This document shows, one piece after another, positions 57,601-64,000 of a stretch of 64,000 bases of DNA (within the stretch, counting starts at the first letter, position 1; the number at the start of each line of letters is the position of its first letter). The position numbers and the translations under genes were made by a program. Under the pieces are notes generated by a model. It was not told where the DNA came from. It made no database searches and saw only the letters and a list, made by a program, of their open reading frames with translations. The DNA lies in the NCBI GenBank assembly GCA_012295275.1, contig CM022670.1, positions 32,178,001 to 32,242,000 on the forward strand. Direction: 5' to 3'. The stretch comes from Chrysomallon squamiferum. Lineage: Eukaryota > Animalia > Mollusca.

Positions 57601-60418
57601 AAATTACAAAAAGAAAAAAAAGCTGAGATGTTTCTTTTTGTTGTTGTTTTGCTTTTTAAAGGTGGGTTTTTTTGTGTGGGTTTTGGTTTGTTTGGATCAT
57701 TATGAATAGTTTTCTAAAACCAGATCAGATTATTTTTAATTTAAAAGAAGAAGAAAAATGTTTTTAACACTGAATAAGAAGAAATTCTAAAAATGTGTAG
57801 GAAGTGTCAGTAACAATTACTTATTCATTAAACATTTCAAAAACCTGTTACATTTGACACATTCACAGCAATTAATTTCTGTTGGTTTTTGGGTTTTTTT
57901 TTTTTTAATTTTCTTTCAGAAATGTGTCACTATTATTGTTGATTGGGTTTGCATAAATAAATAATATGAATGGAATTAGAAGCTGCTTTTGTAAACGGTG
58001 TATATCTTTAACATATGGTAGGTAAGGCTGCCAGTTATACAGTGACACTCTTCTAATGTGAAAATAAATGCCAACATTTGGAACTTATTTCACTTTCCTG
58101 TTGTTTGTACATAAAATGTGAATATAGCCTGCATTATAAGCAGAACCTGAAAACCAGTGGTATGAGATGTCACTTTCTGTATTTATAAACATCATTTTTA
58201 ATTACAGTATTTTAAGGATTTTTTATTTTCTGAATATATTCAACCTGTATTTTATTCTGGAGTACATTTTGAGATGTTTTTACATTAGTGCAGTTTGTTT
58301 GTTTTTTGTTGTTGGTGGTTTTCTGTTTTTTTTTTTTTTTTTTGAGGGGTGTTGTTGTTTTTTCTTTCTGTTTTTAAATGATAAATTGCCAACAAACTAA
58401 ACAGAATAAAAACAAAATTGATAAAAAAATGTAGTAACAAGTCTGTACTTCTCATTATCTGTTCTAAAATACTTCAACCCTCTTTGAATGTATTTTCAAC
58501 TGTTGTGTTAAAATATTTCCATATGTGATATTACAATATCTTACTTTTCTTTGTAGTTTCAGTTGGAAATGAATTTACTGGTTACTGTGTTTTATCATGC
58601 AAATTTTTTGTATTTTAATTTTTGTTTTTCTAAATGTTTATTTCATTAACTTATTTATTTTGAGAGATCAGTTACATATTTGAATCATAGTTCAAGTTAA
58701 AGTTCTGATTTCTTGGCAAATTTTTCCTCTAGAATACTATTTATCAAATGGCAGTTACAAATAGCTTCATTATTTTTAAATATCTAAATACTACATAATA
58801 ATATAAAAACTAATTTTTCAAACAGTTGAGATAATTTGAAAAGAAACAAGCCTTTTCTAGTGCCTTTTTTATACATTAAATTTTTCTAAACAGTTCAAAC
58901 CCTATAATACAGCGAGGTTGATTATTTGACAAAAATACAATAAAAAATAAATGCTGCAGCAATCATAGTTTTGGTTTATTATCTCTCTGTTGTTATATTT
59001 GAATGCAGTTTCATTTACAACATCAGCCCTAACATTTTTTGTTACACGTTCAGCAGACATTATGCTCACTTTTTCTCTTCTTAACACAATTCAATTTTTA
59101 AAATGCAGAACTACAGACTATGAAAATATAGCTGAGGTGTAAATGGTTGAGAGAAAATAAAAACCAGTATTTTGTAAAAGTGACATCCACGGTGAACTTA
59201 CCAGTAGCACTGGGCTGGGTTGACTCACACCTGGTCTCCCATTGACTAGAGAAACAAAAATCTGAAACACAAGAACAATGTGTATTTTGACAAGTGATTC
59301 CAACCCAGAGTATATCACATATTAATATTAGTAACTCAGATTTGGATCAATGTAACATAAATATAGCCTCCATATAAAACAATTTTAGAAAGCAGTGTGT
59401 GAAAATGTCAGTTTCTACATATTTTACTTTTTTTTTAATTGCTGTAATTTAAGCATTTTTGTTGACAATATTTAAATTGCAGATAATTTCAATATTTACT
59501 CTTAATTTTAAGAACAAAATTAAGATATTTTTTGTTTGTACATGAGTGTTTTTTAAAGCCTTATTAGTGTACACATATCAATTATAATCTGTTGTTAATA
59601 ATCACATATAAATCTATTTTAGCAAATGATTATAAAAATTATTAACAGCAAAATGAAATATGTACTTGAACACAAATTGTATAATCATTTAAAAAACTTT
59701 TTTCAGAAATTATACAACAGTATAAATTTGTACAACAGTGAAATGTTTTTCACAGAAGCATGAGTCTTCAAAAATTAATTGAAAATTTTACACTTTGGTA
59801 GCTCTGGTAACAATCTTTTCATTATTGGCTGCAATTCAGAGCTTTTGTAAGATTATCTTATAAGAAAATATAGAAGAAACTTCTGATGCTCTGAATTTTA
59901 TGATTTTACATTCATAAAAATTTACAGAAGTTATTTCTTAGCTATTTTCTGAGCAATTTCAAACTCTGCAATAAACATCAAGAAAACCACTTTAGAGCCT
60001 TCAAGGTCTAAATTGTTACTAGAAACAGGAACTTCAAAGAAAATTAATTTTATGGTAGATAGCTGTTATATTTGTTCTTTTTTTTTCTTTCTTTCTTTTA
60101 TTATTATTATTTTTTTTTATTACAAATATTTATAATGTACAATGGATGGACAGATTAAAAAATGAAATCTCTTACCTCACCATTTTCCAGTGGGAGCAGT
60201 CTAGAATAGCGTGTGGTACAAATCACTTGATCATCCCTGAGAGAAGTGGGTATCCCCATAGTGGGTTCAGTTCTATACACATTTCTACAGTCTGAATTAG
60301 ACATTGCAAAATACTGCCATGGTTTGTATGTGCTGCCATCTATAGATCTTTCTAAAATCCAGTTCCCTGGACGTGGTGAATTTGCAGCTTTTATTATCAC
60401 ATATGCTACTTGATAAAC
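14464..60418 (-). CDS. LAMA2: Laminin subunit alpha, alpha-1/alpha-2 class (LN-LEa-L4a-LEb-L4b-LEc-coiled coil-LG1-5); 5' exons outside the window
   Basis: 60 GT-AG exons traced, totalling 9314 nt (1 nt short of a whole number of codons, see frameshift finding). LN sequence [25 protein letters not shown]...[15 protein letters not shown] and two L4 domains indicate the alpha1/2 class rather than alpha3/5. Ends [35 protein letters not shown] (TAA at 14464-14466). An invertebrate gene would be co-orthologous to LAMA1 and LAMA2, so the symbol is approximate. Confidence 0.95.
16226..16540. repeat. Degenerate intronic tandem repeat (~70-95 bp units, ~4 copies)
   Basis: cattccatttgt...atagctcag...atttcta.gaattctc.aaca at 16226 and 16321, with weaker copies at ~16396 and ~16483. 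Confidence 0.7.
19185..19960. repeat. Degenerate tandem repeat (~110 bp core) derived from an exon/intron acceptor junction
   Basis: Recurrent catcagtatt.tgaaa...ataatg.ataattt.gagtaattttatt.atttttgaggaaa. The first unit overlaps the 5' end of exon 19015-19194. Confidence 0.75.
23189..23209 (-). CDS. Candidate 21-nt alternative microexon in laminin LG2
   Basis: Minus strand reads tctcctttatctacAG|ATTGCTAAAAGAAAATATCAG|GTAAAT. Phase 2-2, no stop codon, converts ..FRK-H-ISI.. into ..FRK-QLLKENIS-ISI.. Confidence 0.65.
25823..25948. repeat. (TAA)n trinucleotide microsatellite
   Basis: Read directly; source of the poly-Leu/Ile spurious ORF 25745-25990. Confidence 0.93.
28609..28641. repeat. (GT)n microsatellite
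   Basis: Read directly. Confidence 0.9.
28759..35689 (-). CDS. LAMA2: Laminin alpha: long-arm coiled coil (~557 aa)
   Basis: Exons 35553-35689, 35000-35101, 34318-34429, 33508-33661, 33012-33207, 32355-32471, 31951-32108, 31449-31587, 30753-30852, 30128-30244, 29450-29626, 28759-28919. Begins [14 protein letters not shown], contains [13 protein letters not shown], ends [14 protein letters not shown]; frame open across all junctions. Confidence 0.88.
29067..29107. repeat. (CA)n microsatellite
   Basis: Read directly. Confidence 0.92.
29637..29760. repeat. Compound (TAA)n/(GAA)n microsatellite
   Basis: Read directly; abuts the acceptor of exon 29450-29626. Confidence 0.92.
30559..30691. repeat. 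Compound (TA)n/(TG)n microsatellite
   Basis: Read directly. Confidence 0.93.
32673..32840. repeat. Perfect minisatellite, 6 x 28 bp (AAGCCAGGACTATCCAGTGTCTAAACTC)
   Basis: Six identical head-to-tail copies read directly, inside the laminin intron 32472-33011. Confidence 0.97.
37277..41031 (-). CDS. LAMA2: Laminin alpha: L4b domain and LEc repeats
   Basis: Exons 40867-41031, 40281-40460, 39953-40074, 39318-39435, 39033-39173, 38467-38594, 38027-38110, 37277-37470. Peptides [61 protein letters not shown]. Confidence 0.92.
41297..49428 (-). CDS. LAMA2: Laminin alpha: LEb EGF-like repeat array
   Basis: Exons 49315-49428, 48822-49048, 47923-48131, 47258-47364, 46651-46828, 46024-46133, 45418-45601, 44590-44726, 43003-43233, 41297-41437. 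Eight-cysteine LE spacing throughout, phases consistent. Confidence 0.93.
44754..45000. repeat. Degenerate (TAA/TAG/TGA)n trinucleotide tract
   Basis: Read directly; explains four overlapping low-complexity ORFs in the track. Confidence 0.9.
47570..47752. repeat. Degenerate (AGAT/AGAC)n tetranucleotide tract
   Basis: Read directly. Confidence 0.8.
49582..51215 (-). CDS. LAMA2: Laminin alpha: L4a (laminin IV type A) domain
   Basis: Exons 51015-51215, 50588-50689, 50033-50247, 49582-49693. Motifs [53 protein letters not shown]. Confidence 0.92.
51833..60418 (-). CDS. LAMA2: Laminin alpha: C-terminal part of LN domain and LEa repeats
   Basis: Exons 60176-60418, 59202-59261, 57478-57597, 56503-56595, 55836-55953, 53900-54018, 53093-53257, 52389-52544, 51833-51973. 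Peptides include [47 protein letters not shown]. Confidence 0.93.
53235..53545. repeat. Degenerate ~93 bp tandem repeat spanning a 3' splice junction (3 full copies plus 1 partial)
   Basis: Units start at ~53235, 53327, 53421 and 53523. Unit 1 includes the first ~23 nt of exon 53093-53257. Confidence 0.85.
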
Positions 60419-61010
60419 CTGAAAAGCAGAAATGTAAATTCTTGACAGATAAAGACATAAGTGTTAATAAACAAATATTCTTGCCCATAATTTGAACACT
60501 TGATTAATGATTGTAAATTATGTATTACTATTTGCACATGATTATAACAACCATGGACAAGAACAATTTGTTTTGGGGTTTTGTTTGTTTGTTTGTTGCT
60601 GGGTTTTTTTTACAACAAATGACTACAATAGTTATTTATTAACTTTATGATATTTGTAAGTTCTTATTAATACACTTGAAAATTATGTTGTTAATTCATT
60701 GTAGATCAGACTGATACAATGTCTATATCAAATGATATAGCAACAGATTATCCTTAGTACTTTTAAACTGAGAAAAAGGTTCCAAATACTAAGCATAATG
60801 TTGACAGATGTTACTAATAGAAATTAATTTCTGTGCTAAGCATGTGTGTGTACGTGTAAGCATGCATGCATGTATCAGAACATTTTAGTTATCTATGGAA
60901 TAGTTTATTGAATAAGTGCCTGAAAATAGCATTAAACCTTGAGGTTGACATGCTAATAAAATGGTAAGCATGTACTGATGCCACAGAGACCAACTAAAGA
61001 CAATAAAGAA

Positions 61011-61083
61011 AAATACCAATGTATTACTTAATTATTAAAAATAAAAAATTAAAATACCAGTGTATTACTTAATTATTAAAAAT
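61011..61083. repeat. Near-perfect ~40 bp tandem duplication
   Basis: aaaatacca(a/g)tgtattacttaattattaaaaat occurs twice. Confidence 0.85.
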
Positions 61084-63737
61084 TTCAAAAAATAAAAATA
61101 TACATTACTAGTCAATGTTTGGTGGTTTTTTTTGTTTAAATAAGAGCTCATATAATCCAACTGCATAAATCTTTTTTTTTAAATAACTGGGGAAAAAATG
61201 TTACATGCATTTGTGTATTTATTTTAATTTGAGTTATCTGACTGGTCAGAAGGTAAACAAGTGTGTACTGTAAATTTTATTTGATGTGTCTCTTTGAATA
61301 GCAGGGCTCATGTTTCAAGACAGAACATTAAATGATGTAGCACTGTCCTTGGAAAGTGCTTGTTGCTAATCATGGAGAATATGTAGACTGTACTGCTATA
61401 TTTGTTTGCTGTAACATATGTCAAATCAACCTTATGTTTGACGTCTAAAATCTTCTTCTAGTTTTATAAGTGTCTATGACTTATAAGATGTGCAAACTGT
61501 CAGTTCCTATTAATTTTGTTATTTAACTTTTCTCATAAATCATTCAAAAAATGTTGGTAATAATTTTAAAATGTTCAGTCAAAATATCCAACAGGCAGAG
61601 CCTGGATCAGTTCTGCAATTATGAAGTAAAATTGAAGTATTTCAAGATAGCTTTATTTTAATTATAATGATAGGGTTTATGCATCACACATAGTCACAAA
61701 GGCCCAACTAATTTAACACACACACAAACAAACAAACACATACACACACACAGACACATACACATACACACATATCACCATAGAGAGACACACACATATA
61801 TATTTAGCCCTAAACTGGTTGGTGTCAGTGTTGTCAGCAAAAAAAAAGAAAGAAAAAAGAAGATAAATGAATGTGCAGAATACAGTACATTAGAACTTAC
61901 TAAAATACACAGTTATGCAAGAACAAAAAAAGATGTGTTGGCAGTTATACAGGACAATGTACTTTCTTTAGAATAAACAAAATGCCAAAACATAACAAGA
62001 TAATAAAAAATAATTAGAAGTACTAATACAATATTAGCACATTACTGATTTGCTGAAATTAGCTATATGTTTCTGTCAGTTTCAATATTATTTTTCTCTG
62101 TCAGTGGTCTTGCTTAAGCAGACTAGTGATAATAATAAATGGGTAGCCTGTGTTAATTTATTTGGAGGTTTGCCATTTCACAGGGGTTTGTGAGTAAGCT
62201 ATAACCTGGTCTTGCATCATAACCATTTCATTTAGTGAATGACCAAAAGAAGCTTGTTTCAAGTTTTAGAGTTAGAAATTACTTAAAGATTTCAGCAGAA
62301 ATAATGTCTTCATTTCAGAGAAACCATGTCTTCAATGTCAAAAAAATAAAATAAAACAAACAACAAAAATTCAAGTAAGTTTGTACATATATAATGAAGT
62401 TAGTAAGAAAATAACTAGCTAAACAAGACTAAACTGTGATACTAACATAATTTAGTCATGTTAATGAAATAATTTAATACAAAGTGATGACAAATTTCTG
62501 AAGTAGAATGTAAAGTTGAGTTGAAATGATTCATTTAAACAGGTTCCCAGACATATTTCATTTTCTAATCAGTTTTGCTTGACTAACTTATAACAAAAGG
62601 TCTTCTGATGTTTTCCGACTTTCCAGAAGGTATGATCCATGAAATTAAAAAAAGCCAATCTATTGACTATTTAATACAACATATCCTCTGTCATGAATTG
62701 CAATTCAGCAACTTTTCACTCCATGAAAAAATACAAAGTAGTATGTGTTGTCAGTAATGATTTTATTTCAACATTTTTTATCAAATAATCTGAAATAAAA
62801 TTTGCCTGATATTAGAAAATTCATGTAGTAACATATAGTGTACTGTAAGCACTGAAAAGACTCGATTTATTTTTAAAATTTTGGTAAAAAATTTCTGTAG
62901 TTTAATTAGGTGCAACTTACAATAACATGTTTTCACACTTTTAACCTTCGATTCCAGTATAAATAATGAACCATTCTGTTATTAATTTATTCTGTTTATT
63001 CAGCAAACAGCATGTTTGGTTTATGATTTAATGAAAAAGAAGTCAGTCAGTATAATTTAAATGTAATCTACGTACACCAACATAACATAAGAAATGATAC
63101 CTTTTCTTATTAGAACAATGAAATGTGTTTCCATTATTTTTATTGTCTGCAGGCAATTAAATGTTAATCTGGTACATAAAAGTTCAGTTATAACATTTAA
63201 TATAACAATAATAAATAAAATCAAAGGCTCAGTATAATGCCATGTTGTTAAATACTGTAAATCTCTTATAATAATGATAATGATGAACACATTTATCAAA
63301 TTTTAGAATTTAAAATATTAAGAAATTAACAAAAAACCAAAGAAACTAGAAAAAAAGCAATTTTCAAACAACTATTATGTTAATTGTTTCATTAGTTTGT
63401 AAATAAAACATGGAAAGATTCATTGTATGAGGTTTCACCATTTTCATATCATTATTGCATGTAGATAAACTAAGATTACCCAGTCAACACTGTAAAGTAA
63501 GGTGTGGAGATGTTATTAGCACAAGCTATTTAATTTTATGTAAATGTGAGTCAGCTGGTACATTTTCTCCACAGACAGCAATTTCTTCTCAAACTGTACT
63601 TGCCACATTTCCTTCCAAAAACAGGAAATATTACTGACTTAACTTTTTAAACAACATTTTTTTATTTCAGATCATTAATTTATAATTGCTGGTGTTTGTC
63701 TTGTATTTTAACACGGAAGAAAAACAACAACACTTCA

Positions 63738-63800
63738 GTGTGTGTGTGTGTGTGTGTGTGTGTGTCTGTGTGTGGGTGTGGGTGGGTGGGTGGGTGGGTG
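63738..63800. repeat. (GT)n microsatellite followed by (GGGT)n
   Basis: Read directly; six GGG tracts between 63774 and 63798. Confidence 0.92.
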
Positions 63801-64000
63801 CATGTTGACACACATACATAAAAGCTTTTTTCATATACTGTGATCATTCAAATTTTGTTTTAATCTTTAAAGAAAATGTTGAGGATGTATTCCTATTATT
63901 AACAATTTCATGGAGTATAATATTTCAAATAACAATTTAATTAAATGTCTTGAGACCATTCTGTTCTCACAGTATAAATTTATATCTTAAAAAAAAAAAA

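Noticed and set aside
34-60418. U12-type or GC-AG introns
   Set aside because: Every traced intron is GT-AG and none shows the GTATCCTT/ATATCCTT donor. Some donors are weak (GTGCAG, GTTTGA, GTTGGT) and four acceptors are AAG, all within the normal U2 range.
60419-64000. Upstream laminin exons (signal peptide and N-terminal LN, e.g. WWQSP motif)
   Set aside because: No such peptide or plausible exon was found. The region appears to be one intron, with the remaining exons outside the window.

Overview
AT-rich animal genomic DNA with short GT-AG introns and many microsatellites; probably an invertebrate, possibly a mollusc or other lophotrochozoan (inferred from composition only). Two multi-exon genes lie head-to-tail on the minus strand. 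(1) A laminin alpha-1/2-type chain, with 60 constitutive coding exons traced by hand from mid-LN domain (60418) to the stop codon (14464); its 5' end lies beyond the right edge. (2) CSE1L/exportin-2, with ATG at 8988 and 22 coding exons traced down to position 34; its 3' end lies beyond the left edge. Nearly all ORF-track entries are exon fragments or low-complexity noise. Main observations: a candidate in-frame 21-nt microexon (23189-23209) in laminin LG2, at a position that seems to match the human LAMA2 12-nt alternative exon; a 1-nt frameshift in the first LG3 exon (~20852); two introns built from decayed tandem copies of their own 3' splice junction; and two extra LE modules relative to vertebrate alpha1/alpha2. 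I found no convincing evidence of a wholly new multi-gene system.
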